Shown here piece after piece: positions 1 through 9,082 of a stretch of 44,020 nucleotides of DNA (positions are counted from its first letter, which is position 1; every line of letters begins with the position of its first letter). This DNA comes from a virus. The notes beneath the pieces are model-generated. The model saw nothing but the letters and a program-made list of their open reading frames with translations. It ran no database searches and was not told the DNA's origin. Location: positions 1-44,020 of the IMG/VR virus record IMGVR_UViG_3300035156_000050, one strand, 5' to 3'. Position numbers and translations under genes: made by a program.

Positions 1-127
1 ACTCCTGCGCGCGTGCTTCGCCTTCGGCGTCCAGCGGCTCCAGGTTGGTGCCTGGCAGACCCGCGTACAGAACTTCGGCGCCTTCGGCATACAGCTGGTT
101 GTCGATGAGCGACTTCTCTTTGACGCG
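1..127. repeat. Terminal direct repeat, copy 1 (identical to 43894..44020); assembly overlap of a circular or circularly permuted genome
   Basis: Read by eye: nt 1-127 (actcctgcgcgcgtgcttcg...ctctttgacgcg) match the last 127 nt of the window base for base. The identity ends exactly at the window edges. Confidence 0.95.
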
Positions 128-253
128 ATAGCGAACTGGCTGGCGCGGCTTCTCGTCGCTGCCGCCTGCAAACTGGCCGGTGCCTTCTGCACTGATCGAG
201 CACATGAGTCCGGACATTGCGGCCAGCAGGTGCATGTTTTTGAAATTACGCAT
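1..253 (-). CDS. 5' part of a junction-spanning gene (245-aa hypothetical virion-module protein); continues at 43893 and ends at 43409
   Basis: ATG at 253-251 lies 8 nt downstream of AGGAGC (rc of 262-267). The frame (MRNFKNMHLLAAMSGLMCSISAEGTG...) stays open to nt 1. It is in phase with the open frame at the right end once the 127-nt repeat is collapsed: 253+485 nt = 246 codons. Confidence 0.75.
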   Translation of the reverse strand, partial: MRNFKNMHLLAAMSGLMCSISAEGTGQFAGGSDEKPRQPVRYRVKEKSLIDNQLYAEGAEVLYAGLPGTNLEPLDAEGEARAQE

Positions 254-301
254 AATTTGTTGCTCCTATGCTTACGGGGCCGAAGCCCCGTTGCGGATTG
301 A

Positions 302-790
302 TTAGACCGTGTAACCGGACTTGTAGTACATGTTTTTGACTGCCTGCACGTCTTTGACCACAGCAGCGATCACGGACAGGGTAGCGATCGCGCCCGTGTT
401 CACGTAGCGCATGCCGCGGTAACGCTTCGGCGCGTACGGTGCAGCGGCGCCCCACGACAGCGGGATGATCGTACCGGCAGGCAGGTTGGCGATCGGGTAA
501 TCGTCCGTCGAGCTGATGACTTGCACGTTGGTCGTCAGCGCGGCGTCGTCAGCCTGAATCAGCTGGAACTTGACGCTGGTGCCGACCGTTGGCGCGGTCA
601 GGATCGAGACCGCAACGTACATTTCTTCGCCCGCACCGTAGTCGCCGGACTGGTTGCCGCCCAGCGCCAGCGGCGCAACGTCGATCGTGTTGGATGAAAG
701 GATGTTGCCCGCGCCGTTGACTGCCTGGCCCGTCAGGGCGCCAGATGCAGAAACCGCGCCGGACAGCAGCAGGAGACCGTCGAGAATCAT
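302..790 (-). CDS. Small beta-rich capsid-associated protein (possible cement/decoration protein)
   Basis: 162-aa ORF with ATG at 790 preceded by AAAGGAAA. Composition is Gly/Ala/Thr/Val-rich. It lies directly downstream of the major capsid gene, where BPP-1-type podoviruses encode the cement protein. The function is inferred from position and composition only. Confidence 0.55.
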   Translation of the reverse strand: MILDGLLLLSGAVSASGALTGQAVNGAGNILSSNTIDVAPLALGGNQSGDYGAGEEMYVAVSILTAPTVGTSVKFQLIQADDAALTTNVQVISSTDDYPIANLPAGTIIPLSWGAAAPYAPKRYRGMRYVNTGAIATLSVIAAVVKDVQAVKNMYYKSGYTV

Positions 791-818
791 AATAAATTTC
801 CTTTAGCTTGAGCCGGCG

Positions 819-1838
819 TTATACAACGCGCGATTCGGTGTTGAGGATCTGGTCCACCTTGCGGAGCGGAACGCCCAGGAAGGTAGTCATGCGCTGCGCG
901 GTGCCGAACTGGTTCAGGCCCGCTTCGATGGCAAGCACGTTGCCGGTCTTGTTCATCGCAGCAATGCGCAGCATGGAATAAATACTGCGGTTGGCGTAGA
1001 ACACAGCGCGGCCCATGCCCAGGTTCGGGATGCGATCCAGTGCCTGCACCATCAGATTGATGATGGCGGTTGTAGCAGCAGCGGTCTGCGTGCCGGTCTG
1101 GCCTTTCAGGTCCGACACGTCGATGTTCGCGATACGGACGATATAGCGCCAGTCTTTCACGGCCAGGCCATTCTTCCACTGGAACAGCGAGCGGACAGCC
1201 TGATAGAAGTTGCCGTTTGCGTCAGGGACAGACTCTTCGCCCAGGTCCTGATGCGACAGACCGGCTTCCGAACCCTTTGGATACGGGCAGAAAACGCTTT
1301 GCTCGCCCCAAACGACCAGCCAGATCGACGTGTTGTCGGTGCCTACGCCGCCGGCGTCGATGATGTTGGCGCCGTTACCTGCAGCCAGCGAGCTGTAACG
1401 CGTAGTCAGGCCCAGGAATTGGCGTGGGTCAGTGCCAGGATTGCCGTAAAACAGCGCGGTGGCCATGGCCTGATTCATCGATTCCATGAACGCGCGGTCT
1501 TCGGATGCGCGGAACTCGGAGCCGTTACCGTTCAGTTTGACCAGCTCGACGTCGATATGCGAACGTGCTTCCAGGATGCCGACCGCTTCATCGACCTGCG
1601 TGGTGGTCGATTTGGACGTCGGGATACCCTGATTGATCATGCGGTAGAAGACTTGCGGCAGACCGGTACGAATCACGATGCGGTGACCGGTTGGCAGATT
1701 GCCTTCAATGAATACCGCGTCTTCGAGAATTTCATTGGTTTGCGAAAGGACTTCGCCCACTTTGGCCGCACGGCCATCGGGGTCTAGGCGTTTTGCCGCG
1801 TCCGCCAGGGTGAGTTGGCCGGCTGAAAGAAGTGCCAT
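819..1838 (-). CDS. Major capsid protein (HK97-fold type)
   Basis: 339-aa ORF with GGAG upstream. The sequence (MALLSAGQLTLADAAKRLDPDG..., NGSEFRASEDRAFMESM..., VFCPYPKGSEAGL...) follows the pattern I recall for major capsid proteins of BPP-1-type and related podoviruses. It sits immediately after the scaffold gene. Confidence 0.8.
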   Translation of the reverse strand: MALLSAGQLTLADAAKRLDPDGRAAKVGEVLSQTNEILEDAVFIEGNLPTGHRIVIRTGLPQVFYRMINQGIPTSKSTTTQVDEAVGILEARSHIDVELVKLNGNGSEFRASEDRAFMESMNQAMATALFYGNPGTDPRQFLGLTTRYSSLAAGNGANIIDAGGVGTDNTSIWLVVWGEQSVFCPYPKGSEAGLSHQDLGEESVPDANGNFYQAVRSLFQWKNGLAVKDWRYIVRIANIDVSDLKGQTGTQTAAATTAIINLMVQALDRIPNLGMGRAVFYANRSIYSMLRIAAMNKTGNVLAIEAGLNQFGTAQRMTTFLGVPLRKVDQILNTESRVV

Positions 1839-1869
1839 TTATATTGCTCCAGGTAGATTGTGGTGGTGA

Positions 1870-2613
1870 TTAAGCCTTAACAGCCTGCGTAGGGTAAAGA
1901 GTATCGGCAAGGGAACGAATACCGCCCGTTTTCGTCGCATTGCCGCCCGGGACAATACGATCTTCGGCCAGCGCCTTGCCTGCCTTGACCATGAAGCGCA
2001 CAAACTCAGGATGGTTGCCCAGCGCCGATTCGTCCAGGAGCTCGCGCAGCTTCGGCGTGGCGAACTGCTCCATGGCGCGGGCGGCGTGCGTCAGGTTCTC
2101 TTCCAGCTTGGCGCCGCCGAATTCCGGATCTTTGCGCGCCTCATCGCCCCAGGTCTGGCGCATGTTTTCCACCTGCTCCAGCTGGCGCTGCGCCATGATC
2201 GGCTGCATCTTGTCGATCAGGAGCTGCGCTTTGTCCTGCGGCAGATTCAGTTCACGAGCTACGGCGCTGAACTCGGTGGCTACTACGTCGTCCAGGTCCA
2301 GACCTTCCGGCGCCTTGAACGGCTCGTATTTCTCTGGCGCTCCTTCCGCCTTCGGCTTGTCGCTGTCCGCGTTCTCTTCGCCGTCTTTTTTTTCGACTGG
2401 CGTATTGGCTGGGTTCTTGTCATCGGCCGGCACTTTCGGGTCGTGCGTCGTGCGCTGCTCGCCCGGTGGCTGCGGGTCGGCGCCCGGTGGCGGATTGGCT
2501 GGGCTGGCCTGGCTTCCGAGCATGGTGCCGGACGTGCCCACGGCTGTGGTGGCTGGCGCTTCGGCGGTTGATCCGATTGGTGCGGCTGGGGTTCCTACGG
2601 CTGCTGTGGTCAT
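1870..2613 (-). CDS. Scaffolding protein
   Basis: 247 aa. The N-terminus is Ala/Pro/Gly/Thr low-complexity and is followed by a highly charged helical region. It lies directly upstream of the capsid gene, has GAAGGAG upstream, and its start overlaps the upstream stop (ATGA). Confidence 0.6.
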   Translation of the reverse strand: MTTAAVGTPAAPIGSTAEAPATTAVGTSGTMLGSQASPANPPPGADPQPPGEQRTTHDPKVPADDKNPANTPVEKKDGEENADSDKPKAEGAPEKYEPFKAPEGLDLDDVVATEFSAVARELNLPQDKAQLLIDKMQPIMAQRQLEQVENMRQTWGDEARKDPEFGGAKLEENLTHAARAMEQFATPKLRELLDESALGNHPEFVRFMVKAGKALAEDRIVPGGNATKTGGIRSLADTLYPTQAVKA

Positions 2614-2918
2614 GGCTGCTGCTCCTTCGTCATGGTTGCGTAAAGCTCAGGGCAATGTGCATGCACCTGTGCGAGTAATTGAAGCCCGGCATTTCGCCGG
2701 CCTTCGTTGAATGCCATAGTAAGCGCATCCGTGCTGAAACTTGGCAGAAACACGCCGGCGTCAGAAAGTTGTTTCCACACCAGCCGCCGGCCGCGCGGGT
2801 CGCGCATCAGCCACAGAAAATCCTCCTTCTGCTGCTTGGCGGCCAGCTGGCGCTTCTCGTCGCTCTGCCGGCGAATGTCGTCCTGCTGATTTGTGTCGAT
2901 CGGGTCGAAGTCTTCCAT
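2610..2918 (-). CDS. Small conserved head-module protein (Bbp19-like?)
   Basis: Start chosen at ATG 2918 (MEDFDPIDTNQQDD...), 2 nt after the upstream stop. The 144-aa long form in the ORF track would overlap 2921..5035 by 124 nt. The core FLWLMRDPRGRRLVWKQLSDAGVF resembles small proteins encoded between portal and scaffold in related podoviruses (recollection, not searched). Confidence 0.5.
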   Translation of the reverse strand: MEDFDPIDTNQQDDIRRQSDEKRQLAAKQQKEDFLWLMRDPRGRRLVWKQLSDAGVFLPSFSTDALTMAFNEGRRNAGLQLLAQVHAHCPELYATMTKEQQP

Positions 2919-2920
2919 GG

Positions 2921-5035
2921 TTATGCCGTCCATCCCGCGAAGCCCGTCGGTGGGGTGTAGGCGAATGCCGTGCCGCCGAAGTTTGCAACGATCGTCGACG
3001 CATTTGGCGCGATCATCGGGAACATGACCGTTCCAGGAATCCACGCCGCTACCGTCGTTTCCTGCAGCGTCTTGGCCGTTCCCTGCGCGACGTTGTTTTT
3101 GTAATACTGGATCGTGTAGTTGTCCAGATCCAGTGCGACGCCGATCACATCATTGGTCGTGTAGCTGGCCTGTGGGCTGTAGTTTGTATTCGCGTAATAC
3201 TGCGCACCGAGCGAATAATAGCCATAGCCGTTGGAGTTTGCGCCCGGGAATGTCGTCAGCACGGCGTCGCTCTGGCCAGAACCGATAACCGCCACGGTGC
3301 CGACTGTGATTTTCGCCTCGTAATACCATTTGCCCGTCGACTTGCCGGCGATACCGCGAACCGATTTCAGACCGGAAGTGCCGGCCGCAGTCAGATTGCC
3401 GCCCGAAAGCGTGATGCCGGAAGCCGCGTCCGCAGGGTTCAGCGTGGTAAAGGTGCCGCCCCCGCCAGCTGCGGCCGGGGTGACACTGTTCGATGCTGCC
3501 GATTCGGCGCCTGTGTTGATCGCGTTGGTCGATTTCACTTTCGCATACACGGCCACGTCGTTGGCGGTGGTGACGACGATCGGACTCGATGCGCCGCTGG
3601 CTTGGCCAACCTGCACGTTGTCGGATACGCGATATGCGGTTGCCGTGTGCCCAGTGATCGCGCTGCCGCCGTCGCTACCCGGGGTGAATGGGACCGAGAT
3701 AGAACCGTCGCCGGCGGTGATAGTTCCGATGGTCGGTGCTGCCGGCGCGGTGGCCGACGCCGCAGTGGTGAATGCCGCCGTGGTGACGACTGCCGAATCG
3801 TTGCCGGCGGCGTCCGTCTGCAGGAAGTGAATGTAATACTGTGTGGACGGCGCCAGGCCGGTTGCGTTGAACGTCTTGACACCGGTGGTAGTGATCGCCT
3901 GCGACGCGCCCGCCTTGACTGCCGGGGCCGTGGCCGTGCTGCTCGTGCTAACAATGCCAAACAATGTTCCGTTGGCCTCATTGGTCGACACCGTGCCCGT
4001 ACCAGTGGACGTTCCGGTCGATGCCGATGTCGGGCTGGTCAGGACTGGGGCCAGGGTGTCCGCCGGCGGAGGTGTTACCACTACGCTGCCCGTTCCCACC
4101 GCTGTGGTGGCCGCCTTGATGATCAGACCCAGGCGAGTGCCCATGATGCGAACGCCTGGCGCGGTCCAGTGAACGCCTGCCGCATAACCGCTAATCGGCG
4201 CCGCGCGCGCCACTTTGTCGATTTCAGTGGCCGCCTGAATGTGTGCAAGGTTAATTGGGATCTCACCGGCTTGGCCCGTGATGCCCTCCGGGGTCAGCGG
4301 GCTGATGACAAACCAGCTGTTTGCGGCGCCCGTGATGCGTGCGCGCATGCCCAGAATCAACGCCTTGAGCGCGTCGAAATACTGCACCTGCGTCGTGCCC
4401 GTCAGTCCGTCCGCTTCGCCCTGCGCCCACATCGTGCCGACGTAGCGGCTGTTCGGATACAGAAGCTTGGCCGCGGTAATAGCCAGATTGGCGTCGGAAA
4501 TGGCGCGCTCATAAAACGTACCGCCCGGGGAGCCTGGCTGCCATACGCTGCCGACCATAGCAGTGGAACCGACAGCCACAGGAACAATCAGCACGCGCCG
4601 ATTTGCGGGAATGGTGCCCAGATACGCCTTGACGGCCCAGGTGGCCAGCCCGGTCTTGCCGGTGCGGATGCCGTTGGGCATGTAGAGCGGGTCGACGCCC
4701 GTGATGATCTGCCGGTAACTTGCTGTGTCCGCACTGGAGTTTGCCCACTGGAACACGCGCCCGGGGTCGCCCACGTCGATCAATGGGTCCCAAACGGGAT
4801 TGCCTTCCATGTTCGACTGGCCGAACGCGCCGATGATGTCAAAGCCCACATCGTCCGCGTCGACACCAGCGCCGCCACCGATTGCCGCCGTGGCGCCAGA
4901 AGGCAGAACCAGCTGCGTGCCGGCGTCATTGAACGTCGGAAAGAATGTTTCGTCGCCGTCGCTCTGCTTAAAGCCGATCGGGCGGCCACTGTCGTCAATC
5001 AGGAGTACCGCAACTGCTGTTTTGTATCCGCTCAT
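2921..5035 (-). CDS. Multidomain protein: SGNH/SASA-type O-acetylesterase + two FN3-like repeats + C-terminal SPRY-like domain
   Basis: 704 aa. GQSNMEG (aa 72-78) and WAQGEADG (aa 203-210) fit the sialate-O-acetylesterase/SGNH fold. Two Thr/Ser/Ala-rich beta-sandwich repeats occupy aa ~325-520. The C-terminus (KSTGKWYYEAKI, NGYGYYS, DVIGVALDLDNYTIQYYKNN) fits the SPRY/B30.2 signature. Confidence 0.7.
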   Translation of the reverse strand: MSGYKTAVAVLLIDDSGRPIGFKQSDGDETFFPTFNDAGTQLVLPSGATAAIGGGAGVDADDVGFDIIGAFGQSNMEGNPVWDPLIDVGDPGRVFQWANSSADTASYRQIITGVDPLYMPNGIRTGKTGLATWAVKAYLGTIPANRRVLIVPVAVGSTAMVGSVWQPGSPGGTFYERAISDANLAITAAKLLYPNSRYVGTMWAQGEADGLTGTTQVQYFDALKALILGMRARITGAANSWFVISPLTPEGITGQAGEIPINLAHIQAATEIDKVARAAPISGYAAGVHWTAPGVRIMGTRLGLIIKAATTAVGTGSVVVTPPPADTLAPVLTSPTSASTGTSTGTGTVSTNEANGTLFGIVSTSSTATAPAVKAGASQAITTTGVKTFNATGLAPSTQYYIHFLQTDAAGNDSAVVTTAAFTTAASATAPAAPTIGTITAGDGSISVPFTPGSDGGSAITGHTATAYRVSDNVQVGQASGASSPIVVTTANDVAVYAKVKSTNAINTGAESAASNSVTPAAAGGGGTFTTLNPADAASGITLSGGNLTAAGTSGLKSVRGIAGKSTGKWYYEAKITVGTVAVIGSGQSDAVLTTFPGANSNGYGYYSLGAQYYANTNYSPQASYTTNDVIGVALDLDNYTIQYYKNNVAQGTAKTLQETTVAAWIPGTVMFPMIAPNASTIVANFGGTAFAYTPPTGFAGWTA

Positions 5036-5050
5036 TTTCTGTTTATCCCT

Positions 5051-6724
5051 TTAGCCCATGCCCTGCGCGAACATGTCGAGCACATTTGACGCAGCGTTCC
5101 CGCCGTCCGTTGGTGTTTGTCCCAGATTCTTCGCCGTCTGACTGGCCAGGTTGATCTGCTCCTGTTGCGCTGCCTGGGCCTGCGCCTGTGCCCGCTGCTG
5201 CCGGATCATGGCCACTTGCTCGCCCGCCACGATCATGTTCGGGTCGACGCCAAGCATGTCGCTGTACGCATCCACCCAGTTGTCCGCGTCGAACTTGTCG
5301 AGCACGTCGGGCTTCATCGTTGCGATCTGGCCCAGGTTGCCCACGAAGCGGTCGACGCCATTGGTGGCCACAGCGCGCTGCGCCTGCGCCAGGACGGACG
5401 TGTAGACAACCTGCAGATCCTGGCCGTTGAGCTCCTGCGGTGGTGGTGGCAGTGCGCCGGCCTCCAGGAGCTGATCGAAAGCGTTGTCGACCAGCGGATT
5501 CAAGCCCTCATTGTCCAGGCGCTCGATGACCGGGCCCAGCATGAGCAACTTTTCTTCGTGCCGCTCTGCCACTTCCGTGGCCGTCATGCCGGACTTGTCG
5601 ATGTTCGACAGCATCAGGAACAGGTCGGTATAGAACGCCTCCCCGATCCGGTGCCGCACTTCCGCCATGTTCTGCTGCAAGTGGCTTAGGTCCAGGTTCA
5701 CCTGCCATGCGGATTGGATCTTGCCGTTGGCAGTGGCCGGGTCGTAATAGCTGATCCCGCCCGGCAGCATGTCGACTGCCTGATTGACCATCGTGATCGG
5801 CACCTGCAGGGGAGGTTTCGTCTGGTAGTCGATGGCCTGGCCTAGCCGCAAGTTCTGGTGCTGGAGCTGCTTGACGTCGCCCAGTGCTTCCATGGCCGGG
5901 CTGTTGCCGTACACGTCGCCGCCTGTGACTTCCCATCGCGGTGCCACGCCCGGGAACCGCTTGTAACCGGACTCGCGCAACACGCCATTGTGGTCGCTTC
6001 CCAGCTCGAAATACACGCTGCGCCACGCCATGTTCTTCGCGTCGCGCTTCTCGGTGTCACGGTCGGCGCGCGGCTCGATCGCGTGAATGAGCGTCACCCA
6101 GCTGTCCAGCTGGCCGTTGGCGTACATGGTTTTGATCGTGTTGCTGCAATTGTCCAGGCCGAATTCCCCGACGATCTCCGCGACTGTCTTCTGGAATTCC
6201 CGGTACAACGTGCAGGTTTCGCCGCGCCAGTTCTGCGCCAGGCAGTATTCGCCGGCGGTCAGCGGGTAGTGACGGATCACGTCCTTGCTGTCGCCCGTGA
6301 TCAGGCTCACGCCCGTGCCGAACGCGCCCATTTCCTGATACAGACTGTGCAAGCCGCGATAGGTATTGGACTTCTGGAACACGGTCAGGATCAGCTGCGT
6401 GACTTCATCCAGCCAGATACGGACGGCCGGCACCTTCATGAGCTGCTTGTCGTGCACAGCCAGGCGGAACCACGGCCGGGCCGGTGAGGTGGCGCCGCCC
6501 ATCAAGCCAGCGGACAGGATGCGCAGCGAGCGCGTGCCCGTCGAATCGTAAATCGCGTTGTGCTTGGCCTCGCCGCGGTTGCGGTCCTGCACAAAAAAAC
6601 GCCCCGATCGGGGTTGAATGTGGCGCGAAATGTCCTGATAGTGGGCAATCCAGCTGCTGCGCTCTGCCTTCAAGGCATTCCAGCGCATGACCAGCTTCTG
6701 CCGGTCGTTCATGGAGATAGTCAT
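5051..6724 (-). CDS. Portal protein (podovirus head-to-tail connector type)
   Basis: 557 aa. The N-terminal region (RWNALKAERSSWIAHYQDISRHIQPRSGRFF) and the central region (PRWEVTGGDVYGNSPAMEALGDVKQLQ) match my recollection of T7 gp8-like connectors. It follows the terminase genes. Confidence 0.85.
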   Translation of the reverse strand: MTISMNDRQKLVMRWNALKAERSSWIAHYQDISRHIQPRSGRFFVQDRNRGEAKHNAIYDSTGTRSLRILSAGLMGGATSPARPWFRLAVHDKQLMKVPAVRIWLDEVTQLILTVFQKSNTYRGLHSLYQEMGAFGTGVSLITGDSKDVIRHYPLTAGEYCLAQNWRGETCTLYREFQKTVAEIVGEFGLDNCSNTIKTMYANGQLDSWVTLIHAIEPRADRDTEKRDAKNMAWRSVYFELGSDHNGVLRESGYKRFPGVAPRWEVTGGDVYGNSPAMEALGDVKQLQHQNLRLGQAIDYQTKPPLQVPITMVNQAVDMLPGGISYYDPATANGKIQSAWQVNLDLSHLQQNMAEVRHRIGEAFYTDLFLMLSNIDKSGMTATEVAERHEEKLLMLGPVIERLDNEGLNPLVDNAFDQLLEAGALPPPPQELNGQDLQVVYTSVLAQAQRAVATNGVDRFVGNLGQIATMKPDVLDKFDADNWVDAYSDMLGVDPNMIVAGEQVAMIRQQRAQAQAQAAQQEQINLASQTAKNLGQTPTDGGNAASNVLDMFAQGMG

Positions 6725-7029
6725 TAACCGCCCCCGCCCAGGAGAGTCGTGCGCCCCAGCGACAGCGCGGACGGGTCAATGCCGCTCGGTCCGGTCAGCA
6801 TGGTGCCGCCGACGCCGCCCTGTGCCGCCATGCGGTTCGACGACAGCAACGTGGCGCCGTTCGGTTTCTTCTGGTTGGCCTTATTGTTGGCCAGCTCCGC
6901 CGCCTTCTCGGTCTTGAGCGCCTGCTTCTGGGCAAAGTCCTGCGCGCCCTCCGCCGCTTTCCGTTGCTGCCGTGACGAGTAGGCCGACGCTGCCGCCGTG
7001 ATTCCCGTCGCAATCGCTGTAATTGCCAT
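6724..7029 (-). CDS. Small Ala/Gly/Lys-rich hypothetical protein upstream of portal
   Basis: 101-aa ORF with TAAGGAAA upstream. Its stop overlaps the portal start (TAATG). There is a hydrophobic N-terminal segment and the protein ends in LLGGGG. No function recognised. Confidence 0.6.
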   Translation of the reverse strand: MAITAIATGITAAASAYSSRQQRKAAEGAQDFAQKQALKTEKAAELANNKANQKKPNGATLLSSNRMAAQGGVGGTMLTGPSGIDPSALSLGRTTLLGGGG

Positions 7030-7038
7030 GATATTTCC

Positions 7039-7518
7039 TTATGCCTGTGGTTCTTCGGTGGGGTAAAGCTCTTTGCTGTAGATAATGTCCTGCACCTTGC
7101 AGCCACGCCGCGGCAGGATCTGCGACAGGGCCGTATCCTCTTTCGCGTGCCACAGCATCATGCGCGCGCCGTATTCAGCGGCCACGCGCTCGGTTTCGTC
7201 GATCAGGCGCATGGGCGTGCGGCCGACGCGGTATGGCTTGGCCACAAAAAGCACGTCGTTCGTCGCCATGTACAGGCTGGAATAGTGCAGATTGACCGAC
7301 AGCAGGTTGACTGAATAGCCAATCATTTCTTCGCCGTCATAGGCCAGGACGGCGAACAACCCGCCCTCGCGCTCGATCGCGGCATAGATCTCGGTGGCCG
7401 GGTCCAGCACCATCAAGTGCTTGTTGCGCGCGGTCTCTTCCCAATGCTCGCGCTGGAGCTCTGCCGTAATCTCCAGTTTGTCGCTGATTTTGTCCGTAAT
7501 GACGAATGTGATGGCCAT
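7039..7518 (-). CDS. GNAT-like N-acetyltransferase
   Basis: 159 aa. The layout (..EEMIGYSVNLL.., ..VLFVAKPYRVGRTPMRLIDETERVAAEYGARMMLWH..) fits the GNAT beta4-alpha3 acyl-CoA-binding region. This is a motif-level assignment only. Confidence 0.55.
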   Translation of the reverse strand: MAITFVITDKISDKLEITAELQREHWEETARNKHLMVLDPATEIYAAIEREGGLFAVLAYDGEEMIGYSVNLLSVNLHYSSLYMATNDVLFVAKPYRVGRTPMRLIDETERVAAEYGARMMLWHAKEDTALSQILPRRGCKVQDIIYSKELYPTEEPQA

Positions 7519-7580
7519 GGGAATATCTACCTTTCAAGGATGGCATCGTAGAGGCGGCGCCTGATTGAACGAATACCGGG

Positions 7581-9071
7581 TTAGCTGGCGTAAGGGTCGT
7601 AATCTTTGGCCTGTTTCTTGGCCAGCCCCATGCGCTCCATGGGGGATTTCTTGCGTACTGGGCGAGCAAAGGACAGCGCCAGCGCGTCGGCGCGGCCAGG
7701 CGACGGCAGTTTGCGCGCCTTCATGTCCTTTTTGCTTTCCAGCTGTATCTTGCCGTCGTTGCGCGGCACGGTCTGGGGCGAGATCAGATCGTTGTACAGC
7801 ACCTGATCGGTCGGATCGATGGCGCCGCCGTCTTCCAGCCACTGCTTCGTGGCCTGCCAGATCTCCGCGCGCTTGTTCAGGCAGCCCGGGTTCGACGATG
7901 CTCCAGCGAACCAGACCAGATCCCAGTTGCGGCCCATGGTGCGCCCGGCGCTCACAATGCCAGTGCCATAGCCGGCGTCGATGAATACCGCGTCAGCCTC
8001 GTGTTGATCTTCCAGCCCGGCCAGGATCTGCGCGACGTGAATATCGTTGTCGTTCTTCTCGATCACGCGCAGCACCTTGAAGTTCAAGCCCTGGCGCTTG
8101 GCAATCACGAGCTCGTCGTCGCCTTCCCAGGCGGGATCACAGGTAATGATCACGGGCGCGAAGCTGTATTGCTCTTCCCGCAGGACGCGTTTCTGCGCTT
8201 CGTCGACGGAATCGGTGCCAATGAACTGTTTGGCGCTGGCCTTTGGGAACATGCCGCGCACGCGCACCTTCACAAAGTCCGAATCCTCGCCATAGTCGGC
8301 CACGAACTTGGCCAGCTGGTCCTTGTTCGTGATCCGGACGGTGCGGCTGTCCACCTGCCGGCAGCTCCAGCGGTGGCGATAACGACGGAAGCATTCGCGG
8401 AAGCGGCCAATGTTCTGTGTCGGGTTGCCGAACGCTACCCAGATGATCTCGGTGTCTTCGTCCGTCAGCGCGCCTTCGGTCACTTCCCAGATCACATCAT
8501 CGATCGCGCTGGCCTCGTCGAACACGATGAGAATGCGGTTGCCTTGATTGTGCAGGCCGGCAAACGCCTCAGTGTTGCCGGCGCTCCAAGGGATCATGTC
8601 GATACGCCAGGACTTCTCGTGTTCCGGGTCCGTGCTGAATATGCTGGTGGCGGTTAGCTTGAACCAGTGCTTGCAGATGCAGAGCCGATACCACTTCGAC
8701 ACCTCCGCCCAGGTCTTCGTGCGCAGCTGGTTGTCGGTGTTCGCCGTGACGACGCCCTTTGTGTCTTCCCGCGTGCACATGGCCCACAGCACCAGCCAGG
8801 ACACCAGCGCCGACTTGCCGATACCGTGGCCGCTGGCCACGGCGATCTGGATGGCCTCCGACGTGCTGTTGATCTCGCCCGTGCGCAGCTTCTCCCCGAT
8901 CTCTTCCAGGACGCCGCGCGCCCAGTCGTCCGGGCCTTCGGGGAATTTGACCAGCTCCCCGTGCCCCCAGTCGAAGGCATATAGGACGAATCCTAACGGG
9001 TCATGCGTGAAACCGGCGATGTCTTCCACCAGGCGTTGTTCCAGCTGCTGTTCCTGATTGTGGTTTGACAT
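7581..9071 (-). CDS. terL: Terminase large subunit
   Basis: 496 aa with Walker A-like GHGIGKS (in ASGHGIGKSALVSW), Walker B-like ILIVFDEAS, and a C-terminal nuclease-type region. It lies downstream of the small-subunit gene and upstream of the portal. Confidence 0.85.
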   Translation of the reverse strand: MSNHNQEQQLEQRLVEDIAGFTHDPLGFVLYAFDWGHGELVKFPEGPDDWARGVLEEIGEKLRTGEINSTSEAIQIAVASGHGIGKSALVSWLVLWAMCTREDTKGVVTANTDNQLRTKTWAEVSKWYRLCICKHWFKLTATSIFSTDPEHEKSWRIDMIPWSAGNTEAFAGLHNQGNRILIVFDEASAIDDVIWEVTEGALTDEDTEIIWVAFGNPTQNIGRFRECFRRYRHRWSCRQVDSRTVRITNKDQLAKFVADYGEDSDFVKVRVRGMFPKASAKQFIGTDSVDEAQKRVLREEQYSFAPVIITCDPAWEGDDELVIAKRQGLNFKVLRVIEKNDNDIHVAQILAGLEDQHEADAVFIDAGYGTGIVSAGRTMGRNWDLVWFAGASSNPGCLNKRAEIWQATKQWLEDGGAIDPTDQVLYNDLISPQTVPRNDGKIQLESKKDMKARKLPSPGRADALALSFARPVRKKSPMERMGLAKKQAKDYDPYAS

Positions 9072-9082
9072 GCCGGTGCGCC

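Noticed and set aside
2741-5089. 782-aa plus-strand ORF antisense to the esterase-FN3-SPRY gene
   Set aside because: The product is extremely Arg/Gly/Ala/Cys-rich, with no RBS and no motif. Such long antisense ORFs are expected in high-GC DNA opposite a real gene. The minus-strand frame carries clear domain signatures.
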